From: Bdellovibrionota bacterium FG-1 | Lineage (GTDB): Bacteria > Bdellovibrionota > UBA1018 | Reading direction: 5' to 3' | Length of the DNA: 55,246 nt | Assembly (NCBI GenBank): GCA_051382295.1 | Contig: JBBCAW010000137.1 | Span: 1-55,246, forward strand | Part shown: positions 8,598 through 19,410 of the stretch, one piece after another | How positions within the stretch are numbered: position 1 is the stretch's first letter | Layout of the letters: each line of letters begins with the position of its first letter | Translations under genes and position numbers: made by a program | Notes under the pieces: generated by a model | Seen by the model: the letters and a program-made list of their open reading frames with translations, nothing else | The model's database searches: none | Told to the model about the DNA's origin: nothing

Positions 8598-10161
8598 GAC
8601 CACCTCGACATTCGGACTCGAGGCCAAAAACATAATCACCGAGTTCATCATTCCAAAATTCACCATTAAAGGACCAATAATACTGATAATCTCGCCGGCT
8701 CGGCTCGATATTCCCACGAGCCCGTCCTGGCGCTACGTTGGAAGAGGTATTTTTATATATAAGCCGATCCTTGGCCTGTTTTAACATTTCCAATTTAATG
8801 AAGGCCATCTTCTCAAAATCCGCGATCAACTGTGAATGGTAATCCATCAAACTGTTCTTAACAAAGGCGCCCCCCAACATCCGAATGGTCTTTAAACGCC
8901 AAGACAAAACTTGATCCAAAAACCCAGGAAACCCGCGTCCCGCCGAGTGTTCGACCCCGGGTTGCATGATGGAAAATTGACGAATCGCGGCCGACTCCAT
9001 CCCAACCGAACGCTCCGCGGCCACCATGCCCTGAAAATAAGGACCCCGCACAAAACGATCAGTCATTCGATAAACGGCGTTTTTAGAATAAAGAGAACTC
9101 AAAAGCGCCTCTTTGCCGAGCTTGTAAAAGGCCGGAAGATCGGACGAATTATTTTCGACAAATTCTTTAACCGCCTCGCCCACCTTCACGTATTTACCGT
9201 TAAATTCATCAATGACATCATTGGCGTCTTTATAGAGGCACAGTCCCAAAAACGCTTGCGCCCGCAGAACATCGGCCTCGGTATTAAAGACAAAGGAAAG
9301 CGCCGGGCTTTTGTACGAAACCAGTTTTCCAAGAGTTCGGTTGTACTCACGTCGTCCAAACGCGTTCCAGGCCTGTTCAAATAAAATATCAGGCCAGACC
9401 AAACTTCGTTTGGCGATGCGATCATAAGCCTGGTCAGCGTCGTCAAAACGCTCCATCTCATACAAAGTCCGAGCTTCGCCGGCCTGACAGCGCGCATGCA
9501 GATCATCCGCTTCGCGCCGGGATTGCGTGATCAATCCCGTATCGCTTTGGCAACGCCGGAAGTCCTCAAGGGCTTGCAAGGGTTTTTGTAAAATGGCGAA
9601 CGCTGTTCCGCGCAACTGCAAAGCAAAGGGCCAGAGAGGACTGGAATTTGAAATCGCACTCAGGTAACCCACTGCCTGATCCTCGTGATCTGACAAAAGT
9701 GCATCCTTAGCAAGTGAGTAAAGATAGGCGCCTAAATTCAACGCATCATAATCTTCGTAGGACGTATGGCGAACTAGATACTTGCGAAGCAGATCCCCCC
9801 CCACATACAAGAACAGATCTTGTGTTTCAGATAGGACGCGCCGAATTGCCGCCTTATTGCCACTTTGAAGCGTTCTGATAAAAAAGTACGAAGCAGCGTT
9901 ACGCAGATTCGCCCGCACCAAACTCAAGGTCACCTGGGCATCCGCATCACCTGCAATGGATGCGTCAGCCTCACCAGCCGCAAAAGCATAACGAGCGGCT
10001 TTAAAGTACTGACCATTGGCAAAAAATCCCCTGGATTCGCTCAAATACTGCGCCCCCGAAGGCGCCCCGGCCTGAGCCTCAGCCACGGCAGCCAAACCAA
10101 GGACGAGGCCCCAGGCCAAAACTGCCGCCAGAAATCCCTTTTTACAGGAGGAAGGAGTCAT
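8587..10161 (-). CDS. gltC: GltC-like secreted TPR protein
   Basis: Signal peptide; WPDILFEQAW...TLGKL...SP and C-terminal YWSFNGEFWNDELGDY...SEC are typical of GltC. Confidence 0.8.
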   Translation of the reverse strand: MTPSSCKKGFLAAVLAWGLVLGLAAVAEAQAGAPSGAQYLSESRGFFANGQYFKAARYAFAAGEADASIAGDADAQVTLSLVRANLRNAASYFFIRTLQSGNKAAIRRVLSETQDLFLYVGGDLLRKYLVRHTSYEDYDALNLGAYLYSLAKDALLSDHEDQAVGYLSAISNSSPLWPFALQLRGTAFAILQKPLQALEDFRRCQSDTGLITQSRREADDLHARCQAGEARTLYEMERFDDADQAYDRIAKRSLVWPDILFEQAWNAFGRREYNRTLGKLVSYKSPALSFVFNTEADVLRAQAFLGLCLYKDANDVIDEFNGKYVKVGEAVKEFVENNSSDLPAFYKLGKEALLSSLYSKNAVYRMTDRFVRGPYFQGMVAAERSVGMESAAIRQFSIMQPGVEHSAGRGFPGFLDQVLSWRLKTIRMLGGAFVKNSLMDYHSQLIADFEKMAFIKLEMLKQAKDRLIYKNTSSNVAPGRARGNIEPSRRDYQYYWSFNGEFWNDELGDYVFGLESECRGGHEN

Positions 10162-10178
10162 GCTTTTTTTACCTTCCT

Positions 10179-10991
10179 TCAAAGTTTTAAACCCAGCCCC
10201 AGGCCAAAGTTATAGTTGGAATACCAGGCTGAATCGCCGACTAGGGAGTTGTTAATTGGAATCGGTGCGCGATAAATCGCACTGGTCAAATCGAGTCGAA
10301 CCAAAAAATGATCCCCCAGATGATATTGATGACCCGTCCCCAGATAAAAGGCGAAAAGATTTTCGTTTAAATAAGAGGGAGAGGCCGCCACGTTGGTTCT
10401 TTGATCCACGGACGTGTGAATCATCCCGGCGCCTCCGGAAAAGTACCAATCGAAGTAGAGAATTTTATTAAACACATTAATCTTGGCATACCAAGGAACC
10501 CAATGAATCAAGCCCCCGTACTGAGAGCGAATTTCGCGTACCGGCGGAAAAATATTGGGTGAGGCCTGCCGAAGTGCCAGATAAGTGGTGTTTTCGAGAT
10601 TAGTCGTCAGCGTAAAAAACGCCTCGATTCCCCAAGCATCCGTTAAATAATAGGCTGCTCGTGGATCTAAATTATAGGTGGTCCGATAGGCGTTCGAAAA
10701 CCCTGGTCCCCCCATCACGCTTAAAACAAAACTGCCCGCTTTGCGATAACGGCGATTTTGTAAAACATAGATTTTCTTTTCAGGATCCAGCCAGTTGAAA
10801 TTATACTCGTCATCGGAACGGTCGACACGCTCGGATGAACGATCCATGTTCCGTTCATCCGCATCCGCCCAACTTGCGGCCACGACGCCGAGCCAGACCA
10901 CGGCGATCGTCACCAATATAATTTTAAAGACTAGACTTCTCGTGATGACCTGAGTGGCGACTTGCGAGGATTCGCTCTTATTCATTTTCAC
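10179..10991 (-). CDS. Outer-membrane beta-barrel protein, GltA/GltB-like
   Basis: IYVLQNR motif, WVPWYAKI...YFDWYF.GG.G and a C-terminal beta-signal (FGLGLGLKL); first gene of the glt cluster. Confidence 0.8.
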   Translation of the reverse strand: MKMNKSESSQVATQVITRSLVFKIILVTIAVVWLGVVAASWADADERNMDRSSERVDRSDDEYNFNWLDPEKKIYVLQNRRYRKAGSFVLSVMGGPGFSNAYRTTYNLDPRAAYYLTDAWGIEAFFTLTTNLENTTYLALRQASPNIFPPVREIRSQYGGLIHWVPWYAKINVFNKILYFDWYFSGGAGMIHTSVDQRTNVAASPSYLNENLFAFYLGTGHQYHLGDHFLVRLDLTSAIYRAPIPINNSLVGDSAWYSNYNFGLGLGLKL

Positions 10992-11032
10992 ATCTTCCCA
11001 TCCGTGGTTGATCTGATCGATTCATATCATCG

Positions 11033-11066
11033 AGGCAGGCGGGACTTCATGATTCCCGTGCCTTTT
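11033..11066. terminator. Imperfect hairpin between the addA end and the glt cluster, possible terminator
   Basis: AGGCAGGCGGGAC-TTCATG-ATTCCCGTGCCT followed by T residues on the + strand; stem is imperfect. Confidence 0.3.
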
Positions 11067-11083
11067 CACGATTTTATTCTAGT

Positions 11084-14047
11084 TTAGAATTTGCGCACAG
11101 GATCAGCAAGAGCAAAGCGACGACCTTCGGCACACTGACCGCGAAAATCACAATAACGACAGAGGGGACCGGGACGAGGCATACCCGCCGATCCATTCAA
11201 AATCTGAGAAGCCCGGTCTGCCAAATATCCGGAGTTTAACTTTCCCAAGGGAACCACCGCGGTCTGAACCGTGTGCGACGAAATATTGACAAGCACCGCC
11301 TGAATGCCATTCAAGGCTACTTGTGAATCCAAGCCACGCAAACCCAGCGCATAGAGCTCCATCTGCATCCCATAGGCCTCAAGTAAGTCTGCGACAGCTT
11401 TGGGTTTTTGGGTCACCTTAAAGTCCACGATCCAATACGCAGGTCCTTGAGATGAGGACTCACAAACCAACCGATCGATCGATCCCACCAAAATCTGGGG
11501 GACGGGGGATGACACACTCAACACCGGAACCTCAAAAGGAAGCTCGGTCCAAACCTCTCTGCCCAACTCGGTTTTGGCCGCCATCATCCAGGGGGCATGC
11601 AAGGCCCAGTTCATGACGGGCTCCGCGCTAAACCGATCAGCCCCGACCTCGCGCTCAATTTTTTTAAGAGCGTCAAAATCCCCACGCTCCAAACACGCAT
11701 GCACCCGAATACCCAGCTCTCGTTGAGAAAGTTCGTCTTCCTGCAAAGAGGGCATGCGGACACCCTGAAAAAGCCCGGCTTCCTGAATTCCTTCAGCCAG
11801 CGGCAAGGGCCGGATAAAGGTCCACTCATAAGCTCGCTCACACCGACTCAGAAGATTCCACTCCGTGACGCTGTGGCGGGGACGCACCCATTGAGGAGTG
11901 GCAGTGTTCCTCAAAATCGAGATTCGGCCTCCGGAAGACATCGATGCTTCACCCAAAAGTGCGGGTCCAGTCGAAACCTCCGCGACTAACGGAACCGAAA
12001 CCCCTGCGGAATCGACCCAGGCGCGCCAATGATCTACGGCAAAGACTTTCTCGCCCTGAGGTTCGACAGGATCTTCTTTTTCGGGTAATTCGGGACAAAC
12101 CAAAAGCAAACGTTCCTGCGCACGGGTAAGTGCGACATAAAAAATCCGCTTACTTTCGGCAAGATTCTTGTTTTTCTCCAGCTCTCGCCAAACGCTCTCC
12201 AAAGGATCCTTCTTGTCACGTTCGCCTTCGGCATCCCGGCCGGCTAAGAACGCGCCTTTTTCGCGATCCCAAAACAAAAGGGGTGAATCTGGAGCTCGTC
12301 CTTTTTTTCCAAGATCCACCAAGATCACGTGTTTAAACTCCAAACCCTTAGCCCCATGAAGCGTTAAAACCGAAAGTTGCCCCTGATTACGGGGCGGAGG
12401 CACATCGCGCTCGCGGCGAGACTGCTCCATCGCCAACGAAACTTCAGTGACCACGGCCTGAAAATCCAAATTCCGCGAAGACAAATCTTCCACCCGATGC
12501 CAGAGCCCCAGGAGCGGAGCCCCGAGTTCGTCTTCAACCGCTTCGCTGACAAGCAAGGCCTGCAAAACCTCGCCAGGACGCACGATTCGAGATCGAAGCC
12601 CGACCAGCGCGCGTGCGACGGGATGTTGAGATGCAAAAAAAGGTTTTTGCCAAGTCGGATCCTGTTTGACCCACTCATCTAAAACCCGGTCCTCGATGCC
12701 CATCCAAGGGGCGCGCAAAAACACCGCACCGGACAACGAATTCGCCGGATTGATCCACCATTTCAAAAGCGCGGTCATTTCGCGCACGCGCGGGTCACTC
12801 CAAAAAAGTCCGCCGCTTCCGACCGCTATGGGGATTCCCGCCGAGGTCAGGGCCTTGAGCCATTTTTCGTTGCCCCGAATTTTGCGCAAGAGGAGGGCCA
12901 TTTCATGGAGAGGCACTCCTCGCGCGTTTTCCGCTCGAATCCAGGCTCCCAGCTCGGCGGGACTTTGAACATCCAGTCTCTCGACTGGATTAAATGGCCC
13001 CGGTTCTCGTTTGGGGATCAAGGCGTCGTAGCGCATTTCGGAGGCTTCGAAAGCGCGCGCGCAAAGTTCATTGGTGTATTCAATAATGCCAGGCCGCGAT
13101 CTAAAGTTCCAACTGAGCGATCGATTGACCGGCAAACGTCGGCAAAATTCTTCAAAAACGCTCACATCGGCATCGCGAAACCGATAAATAGACTGCTTAG
13201 GGTCACCCACCACACAAAGATTCGAAGCATCGGGCCGCACGAGACGCCAAATAATTCTGGCCTGTACCGGATTCGTATCCTGAAATTCATCCACAAGTAC
13301 GAGATCAAACCGCTCATGAAGCGCGCGCCTGACCTCCTCAAATTCAAGCGCACGATCGGCGCCCGCTTCCAAATCATTAAAATCCAGCGCGCCACGGCGT
13401 CTTTTCAAGCGATCATAGCGCTCCAAGACAAAGTTGGCCACCTGCGCCAAATCACGTGACCCTCGGTCCTCAGCTTGCGCAAGATGCCCCAGCACGCCCA
13501 TCGAATGGAGTGAGCGCACCCGATTGAGTAACGTGAGCAAACTGTCGCGGCTTTCACGCGTCAGAAGATAATCCACGGATTCTTGAATTGAAGCAGCGAG
13601 ATTGTCATCAAACCAAAGGCTTTCGAGCGCGCGCTCCCACAACAACATCGACTCGGGCTCGGAAAGCATCGACTCCTCGCCATCCAAGCCAGCCTGACGA
13701 GGAAATTCGCGAAGTACGGTCGAGCAAAGACCATGAATGGTCGTCACCCAGTGGCGACTGAGTAAGCCCGCCTGAGATACCGAAGCCGGCAAAACGCCCT
13801 GTTCTTTTAAAACGGTCATCCTTTGCGTGAGTTTGGCCCTCAGATCACTGGCCGAACGTTCGGTAAATGAAACGGCCGCAAATCGGGCTTCCGGATTGAG
13901 CTTTAAAAGTTCGGTGCACTTAATCGTAAGAGTGGTGGTTTTGCCCGATCCGGCACCCGCCATCACCGCCATCCCTTGGCCCCAGCTTTCAACGACTTCC
14001 CGCTGCTCGGGAGAGAGATCGGCCAATTCTGTTAAGGGCTTACTCAT
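11084..14047 (-). CDS. addA: AddA-like UvrD helicase with C-terminal PD-(D/E)xK nuclease
   Basis: Walker A AGAGSGKT; motifs FTERSA, TIHGLC, VDEFQDT, VGDPKQSIYRFR, NFRS, TLHGAKGLEF, YVALTRA; nuclease GSIDRL...IVDFK. Start set at MSKPL (14047), which overlaps the addB stop. Confidence 0.9.
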   Translation of the reverse strand: MSKPLTELADLSPEQREVVESWGQGMAVMAGAGSGKTTTLTIKCTELLKLNPEARFAAVSFTERSASDLRAKLTQRMTVLKEQGVLPASVSQAGLLSRHWVTTIHGLCSTVLREFPRQAGLDGEESMLSEPESMLLWERALESLWFDDNLAASIQESVDYLLTRESRDSLLTLLNRVRSLHSMGVLGHLAQAEDRGSRDLAQVANFVLERYDRLKRRRGALDFNDLEAGADRALEFEEVRRALHERFDLVLVDEFQDTNPVQARIIWRLVRPDASNLCVVGDPKQSIYRFRDADVSVFEEFCRRLPVNRSLSWNFRSRPGIIEYTNELCARAFEASEMRYDALIPKREPGPFNPVERLDVQSPAELGAWIRAENARGVPLHEMALLLRKIRGNEKWLKALTSAGIPIAVGSGGLFWSDPRVREMTALLKWWINPANSLSGAVFLRAPWMGIEDRVLDEWVKQDPTWQKPFFASQHPVARALVGLRSRIVRPGEVLQALLVSEAVEDELGAPLLGLWHRVEDLSSRNLDFQAVVTEVSLAMEQSRRERDVPPPRNQGQLSVLTLHGAKGLEFKHVILVDLGKKGRAPDSPLLFWDREKGAFLAGRDAEGERDKKDPLESVWRELEKNKNLAESKRIFYVALTRAQERLLLVCPELPEKEDPVEPQGEKVFAVDHWRAWVDSAGVSVPLVAEVSTGPALLGEASMSSGGRISILRNTATPQWVRPRHSVTEWNLLSRCERAYEWTFIRPLPLAEGIQEAGLFQGVRMPSLQEDELSQRELGIRVHACLERGDFDALKKIEREVGADRFSAEPVMNWALHAPWMMAAKTELGREVWTELPFEVPVLSVSSPVPQILVGSIDRLVCESSSQGPAYWIVDFKVTQKPKAVADLLEAYGMQMELYALGLRGLDSQVALNGIQAVLVNISSHTVQTAVVPLGKLNSGYLADRASQILNGSAGMPRPGPLCRYCDFRGQCAEGRRFALADPVRKF

Positions 14048-16784
14048 TGACAGCCTCTTCACCGAGTCGCCGAAAACCACACAAATCCGCGATTCCACAA
14101 TGGGCGCATTCCTTTTCACGCCGCTTAGGGCGGGCCTCAAAATGCCCTGAGATATAATCGAGGACATGAGTGTGAATCGAAGTTTCCATACGAGCCCAAA
14201 CATCGAGTGGTTCGAGATTCAATAGACTTTTTGAATTCGCGCGTAAACACGTCAATTTTCCGGCTTCTTTACCGTTATACCGCTTAAAGAACACCCCATT
14301 GCCCCGCCCGCCTTTACGGTTGAGTTCCACAAACTGCACGCCTAAAACGGATTTCCCCAGCTGTTGCCGTGCCGCCAACGCATAAAATGGAAGCTGCAAC
14401 CGATAGCCGAGTTCCAACATATCAGTCCCGTTTGGAAGCGCGCTTGAGGTTTTGTAGTCCATCACAAACAGCCCTTCAGGATGCTCATCAATACGATCTG
14501 GAATTCCCACCACCGAAGCCACTCCCAAGTCCAAGCGAAGCTTCGTATCGTCGAGCGACACCACATGCGATGGCGCACGGGCCACGTATTCGCGTTCTTT
14601 TTCACAAAAAATTTCTAGAACTTTCACCATTCGCGATTTCAAATAACGTTCTGAACGCAGGCTTCGAATCAGCCCCTTGGGGAGGCGGATTTTCCAAGCT
14701 TCCTCAAGCGCCTGCGCCGGCAAAACATCAAATGACCCATCCGAGCCCCGAGCCCGAATCAAAATTTTGACCGCCTCGTGCAAAATATTGCCTCGTGCAT
14801 CCGGCCACGCCTCGGGATCGGGATCCCGAGTGTCTCGCAATTTCCACCGATGGTAAGCCAAAGCCTGCAAGCCACAGCGAGAGTAACTCTCTAAGACCGT
14901 GGCGGTGAGTTCGGGCGCCACGATGGCAGGCAGTGCGAGTTTTAAAGGTTGCACCGGCCTGGCCGCATTATAACTTGCCAGCCACCGAAAATGGGCACCC
15001 TTTTCCAGCGGAAGTTCGGGCACCGTTTCAGATGGCCAACCCAAGGTACTCGATAACTCGCGCAATACCGAATCGATACTTTCCCGTTCGCGGCCATCCC
15101 CATCATAAGTGGCATCCAAAAAAACCACCTTTTTTGCGGACCCGAGCCACTCACTTAAGACGGTAAGCCGCTCTTGCCTCAGCTCAATGCCAGAGCGCAC
15201 CCCGAATTCAACCGCAAGCACGCCACGATCCCGCTCTGAAAACCAATAATCCCCTACTCCCTCGGCGGATAACCAATGAGCAGGCAAGCCAAAAACATAA
15301 ACCAGGGAAGCACTGCTGAGCGGTGCCTGTTGAAGCCGATACAAAGCCACCCCGGAATGGACTTTTAATCGCTCCGCCGGCGGCGTCGCTTCCACTAACC
15401 GCGCCTGAAGGCGTTCCCACCAAAACAAAAGAGGGGCGCGTTTTTGACCTTGGTCTAAGCGTTCCATGTCCGCACAAAGATCTTTCCAAAAGCCTTCAAA
15501 AAAGGGCACAATCCAGTGTTTTTCGACGGAGTCGCCCGCTGAGCCTCCCGCTGAAATGGACAAAGCCGATCGCAAAAAATGAAGGTGCGCCTCCGAAAGT
15601 TCAGAACAAGTTTTGCGCCCGCCAAAGCGATCATCCAGCTCACGCAAAAAACCATGAACCTCTGAAAGCGCGCCCCCGGCATAGGCGCCTAGGCCTTGTC
15701 GAATACCACGAGAGTGGATTTCAAAAACCCATGCTGAAAACCGCTCTTGCGCCTCCTTTTGCAGGAGATGGGTCCGCAAATACGACACGACCTTTTGCCG
15801 CTCATAAACCCGGGCCACCACGTCGAGTGGCAACAACGCCCATTTCAGCCCCTCATCCCAACGCAACCGCGTGGGATCCCGCGGGTCCGCGAGCGGTAAA
15901 CCGCGTTGTTCCAGCGCTCGTCTCAAACTCCGTCGAATGCCGGGCAGATCCGGAATTAAAACCGCGCAATCGCTCAAGGGCTCCGTCCCTGCATATTCCA
16001 GCAGGCGATCCGCCAACGCATCGGCGGCATCATCGAGCGTATGCCAGCGCTCCCACTCCCAAGGACCACCGGCCGGCAGAGACTCGGTCGCAGGAAGCAC
16101 GGGCCGAATCACACTGACCGTTGCAGATACCGCCTCCCAAAAAGCGCGAACGAGGCTTTCTTCGGGACGGACTGAAAAGACGTGAATTTCTTGAGGCCGC
16201 GCCTGATTCGGAGGCCATCCTTTTTCGATCAAGGCCTCGGTGGCCCGACGAATCAGCAAAGGGGGGTCAAACCAACGATTGGCCTCAAGCCAGGCTTCAT
16301 AGGCCAGGGAGAGCATCTGAATTTCTTCACGGATAGGATTGACGCCCAAAATTTGAGTGAGGCGTTCATGGAAGACCGCGCCCTCTTCGGCGTGCGCAAA
16401 CGCCATCCGCCCCGCTTGCATCGCCAAATCCAGCCGTCTAAAAAAACTCGCCTGCCGCCGGAGCCGCTTCAGTTCTGGCATTTGCGCCAAGATCTTTTTT
16501 TGTGCCAATAAGAGACGCAGAATTTCCTGGCGCGTCGGGCTTTGTAATATCTGGGGAGCCAAAGAATCTTGATTTTCAGACTGAGCCCACCCCCCCACAA
16601 TCCGTTGCGCGATTCCCTCGAGGTGGGTGATCGCATCACCCGTGAGTCCGGCGCCGCCCGACAATAGGACGGCTTTGATGTCCTCGCGCGAAAAACCATC
16701 CCCCACGCACAACCACGCCTTAGGTCGAAGCCCCTGCAACTTTAGAATCGGAAGCTGGTTCGCGTAGGTCAGTGTATTCTCCAT
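14040..16784 (-). CDS. addB: AddB-like protein: degenerate helicase scaffold plus Fe-S PD-(D/E)xK nuclease
   Basis: YSRC...RGNILHE...GIPDRIDE...VMDYKT...LQLPFY...CAHCGIADLC; paired with addA. ATG 16784 overlaps the purM stop. Confidence 0.85.
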   Translation of the reverse strand: MENTLTYANQLPILKLQGLRPKAWLCVGDGFSREDIKAVLLSGGAGLTGDAITHLEGIAQRIVGGWAQSENQDSLAPQILQSPTRQEILRLLLAQKKILAQMPELKRLRRQASFFRRLDLAMQAGRMAFAHAEEGAVFHERLTQILGVNPIREEIQMLSLAYEAWLEANRWFDPPLLIRRATEALIEKGWPPNQARPQEIHVFSVRPEESLVRAFWEAVSATVSVIRPVLPATESLPAGGPWEWERWHTLDDAADALADRLLEYAGTEPLSDCAVLIPDLPGIRRSLRRALEQRGLPLADPRDPTRLRWDEGLKWALLPLDVVARVYERQKVVSYLRTHLLQKEAQERFSAWVFEIHSRGIRQGLGAYAGGALSEVHGFLRELDDRFGGRKTCSELSEAHLHFLRSALSISAGGSAGDSVEKHWIVPFFEGFWKDLCADMERLDQGQKRAPLLFWWERLQARLVEATPPAERLKVHSGVALYRLQQAPLSSASLVYVFGLPAHWLSAEGVGDYWFSERDRGVLAVEFGVRSGIELRQERLTVLSEWLGSAKKVVFLDATYDGDGRERESIDSVLRELSSTLGWPSETVPELPLEKGAHFRWLASYNAARPVQPLKLALPAIVAPELTATVLESYSRCGLQALAYHRWKLRDTRDPDPEAWPDARGNILHEAVKILIRARGSDGSFDVLPAQALEEAWKIRLPKGLIRSLRSERYLKSRMVKVLEIFCEKEREYVARAPSHVVSLDDTKLRLDLGVASVVGIPDRIDEHPEGLFVMDYKTSSALPNGTDMLELGYRLQLPFYALAARQQLGKSVLGVQFVELNRKGGRGNGVFFKRYNGKEAGKLTCLRANSKSLLNLEPLDVWARMETSIHTHVLDYISGHFEARPKRREKECAHCGIADLCGFRRLGEEAVNE

Positions 16785-17815
16785 CAATACACGAGTTTAA
16801 AAGAATGAACCCCATCCCGAAGATGAACCTCGGAGGAAGCCTTGGCCGAGGTCTTTCGCGTGACTTGCCCGAGGACCCAGGCTTTTTCGCCTGATTTTTT
16901 GAGCGCTCGCAAAACTTTTGTTTCGAGTTTGGGTGAAACCACGAGCACCATCCCCACGCCCATATTGAAGGTCTGACAGAGCTCTTGGCTCGAAAGGCCG
17001 CTTTTTTCGCGAACCCATCGATAAATCGGAGGGGCGTCACTTTCGCTAGGCAATTGGATTTCGTAATTTACCCGCTCTGAAATTCGGGGCACGTTTAAAA
17101 AGCCAGAGCCCGTAATATGAGCTAAGCCCTTGATCAAACCTTTTTGAAGCAAGGGCCCAAGGGCGCGCGCGTAAATGCGCGTTGGCGTCAAAAGCTCCCG
17201 CGCGATCTCGTTGCCCTTCACACCCGCGGGCAAAAGTTTTCGAAGTAAGCTATACCCGTTGCTATGGCAACCGCTCGAAGCCAAGCCAATCAGCGTATCC
17301 CCCGGCTTAACATCTCGCCGAGGAAGAGCGCGTTTGGGTTCGACAAAACCCACGGCAAAGCCTCCTAAATCATACTCTCCGGAAGCATAAAAATCAGGCA
17401 TTTCCGCAGTCTCGCCGCCCACCAGGGCGCAACGTGCCTGTTTACAGCCTTCGACGATCCCTTCTAAAACCTGAGTGGCCACCCCTGGATCCAAACGACC
17501 CGTGGCGAAGTAATCTAAAAAGAACAAGGGTTCCGCCCCTACACAAAGAAGATCATTGACCGACATGGCCACCAAGTCGATGCCCACCGTTCGATGCTCT
17601 TTGAGCCTAAACGCGAGCTTCAACTTAGTTCCCACTCCATCGGTCGAAGCCGCCAACCAACGTTTGGGGTCTAACTCATAAAGCGAAGCATACCCTCCGA
17701 CCGACGCCTTGACCCGCCGATTCAGGGTGGACTTAGCCAGGGTTGCGATTTTTTCCACGAGTTGGTCAGCCGCCTGCCGATTGACTCCGGATTTTGCGTA
17801 ATCTAGCTTTGCCAT
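16784..17815 (-). CDS. purM: Phosphoribosylformylglycinamidine cyclo-ligase (AIR synthetase)
   Basis: Motifs YAKSGV, TDGVGTKL, AMSVND, GGETAEMP, HSNGYSL, HITGSG, TFNMGVG. Confidence 0.97.
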   Translation of the reverse strand: MAKLDYAKSGVNRQAADQLVEKIATLAKSTLNRRVKASVGGYASLYELDPKRWLAASTDGVGTKLKLAFRLKEHRTVGIDLVAMSVNDLLCVGAEPLFFLDYFATGRLDPGVATQVLEGIVEGCKQARCALVGGETAEMPDFYASGEYDLGGFAVGFVEPKRALPRRDVKPGDTLIGLASSGCHSNGYSLLRKLLPAGVKGNEIARELLTPTRIYARALGPLLQKGLIKGLAHITGSGFLNVPRISERVNYEIQLPSESDAPPIYRWVREKSGLSSQELCQTFNMGVGMVLVVSPKLETKVLRALKKSGEKAWVLGQVTRKTSAKASSEVHLRDGVHSFKLVY

Positions 17816-17823
17816 GCTCGCTC

Positions 17824-19410
17824 CTAATGTCGAAAGTGTCGAACGCCCGTAAATGCCATCACCATACCATGCTCATTGCAGGCATCGATACTCTCTTGAT
17901 CCTTGATGCTGCCGCCGGGCTGAATGATCGTCATTAAGCCCGCCTCAAAGGCCGCATCGACGGTATCTCGGAACGGGAAAAAAGCATCGCTCACCATGAC
18001 CGCGTCTTCAATATGCCCACCGGCATGATTGAGGACATTTTCGGCCCGAGGAATCGCTAAATGCTTCAACGCTTCTACCCGATTGGGTTGGCCTTGGCCC
18101 GCCCCAATCAGTTGGTATCCCTGGAAGCTGCTCTGACCCTCCAGTTGGCGAACAATCGCGATCGCATTGCTCTTCAGCGCCCGACACACGGCAATGCCAA
18201 ACCGGCCCAAGCCCTCGCGTTGCTCCGAAAATTCCTGGGTGGTGACGGACCTGAGATTCTCGCCCAGGCCCACATCCGCACTCTGCTTCAAAATGCCACC
18301 GGGAACGCTGACTGCGGTTTGAGCGGGAAGATCACCGAATCTCAAAATCGGGACCGCCTTGAGATTTTTACGCTTATTCAAAATCATTTTCAGCCCCGAG
18401 GTTTCCGCTGAAAGCCCCGGCGCAGCAACCAATTCCACAAATTTTTCAGAAAGCCAGAGTGCCGTTTCGTCTTCGAGCGGATCCGTAAAAACCAAAACCC
18501 CTCCAAACGCTGAAACCGGATCACCTTCCCAAGCTCGTATGAGAGCCGCCTTTTGCGCCTGAGGTCCCTGAGGCATAAGCGCCACACCACAGGGGTTATT
18601 GTGCTTCACAATCACAACGCCCGTTGCGTGTTTTTCAATTTCTCTCAGATCGCTCGCCAAACCATAAGCCGCGCTCAAATCCAGAATATTGTTATACGAA
18701 AGCTCGGTGCGCGTGATTTGCGCACCCCAATCGAGCGGGCCATGGGGATCAAACTCCAGCACCCCTTTTTGATGGGGGTTTTCGCCATATCTGAGGGCAA
18801 GCGTTTGGTACGATCCTAACCGCGAAGCAATGGCCCGGTCATAATCCAAAACCCGATCCCAAGCTTGCGAGGCACAAGCGGAAACGGTGGAATGGGCTAC
18901 CGTACCCTTTTCCGCCAGTTCACCGATCACTGAAGCGTATTGCGCCGGATCAGTCAAAACCAAAACATCGGGAGAGTTTTTGGCAGCCGCACGCACCAAC
19001 GTGGGCCCGCCAATGTCGATTTCCTCGACCAACTGCTGGGCCAAAATCCCAGGCTGTTCTGCAGTTTTCTCGAAGGGATAAAAATTGACGACGACACAAT
19101 CGATGCCCTGGATATTGAGCCGTTTCAAATCCGCTTCATCTGAGGCATCTCCACGACGATAGAGAATCCCGCTACAAACCGGGGACGAAAGAGTCTTCAT
19201 TCGCCCCTGAAAGGCTTCCGGACTTCCTGAAAGCTGCTCAATCGGCATGACTTGCAACCCGGCCTCTTTGAGCACCAAAGCCGTGCGCCCGGTTGCCACA
19301 AGTTCTGCGCCACTCGCCACCAAGGCGCGGGCCAAAGCCACGACCTGAGCCTTATCGGAAACTGTAAGCAGAGCACGACGAATTTTCAAACGTGAATTAA
19401 CCTTTGACAC
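17824..19410 (-). CDS. purH: Bifunctional AICAR transformylase/IMP cyclohydrolase
   Basis: Motifs RALLTVSDK, GRMKTL, IDIGGPT, LRYGENPHQ, KHNNPCG, SDAFFPF, RHFRH; GTG 19410 preceded by AGGAGG. Confidence 0.97.
   Translation of the reverse strand: MSKVNSRLKIRRALLTVSDKAQVVALARALVASGAELVATGRTALVLKEAGLQVMPIEQLSGSPEAFQGRMKTLSSPVCSGILYRRGDASDEADLKRLNIQGIDCVVVNFYPFEKTAEQPGILAQQLVEEIDIGGPTLVRAAAKNSPDVLVLTDPAQYASVIGELAEKGTVAHSTVSACASQAWDRVLDYDRAIASRLGSYQTLALRYGENPHQKGVLEFDPHGPLDWGAQITRTELSYNNILDLSAAYGLASDLREIEKHATGVVIVKHNNPCGVALMPQGPQAQKAALIRAWEGDPVSAFGGVLVFTDPLEDETALWLSEKFVELVAAPGLSAETSGLKMILNKRKNLKAVPILRFGDLPAQTAVSVPGGILKQSADVGLGENLRSVTTQEFSEQREGLGRFGIAVCRALKSNAIAIVRQLEGQSSFQGYQLIGAGQGQPNRVEALKHLAIPRAENVLNHAGGHIEDAVMVSDAFFPFRDTVDAAFEAGLMTIIQPGGSIKDQESIDACNEHGMVMAFTGVRHFRH

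Noticed and set aside
11084..16784. Cas4/CRISPR adaptation interpretation of the Cys-flanked nucleases
   Set aside because: The domains are fused to AddA/AddB scaffolds; no cas1/cas2 or repeat-spacer array is seen in the window.
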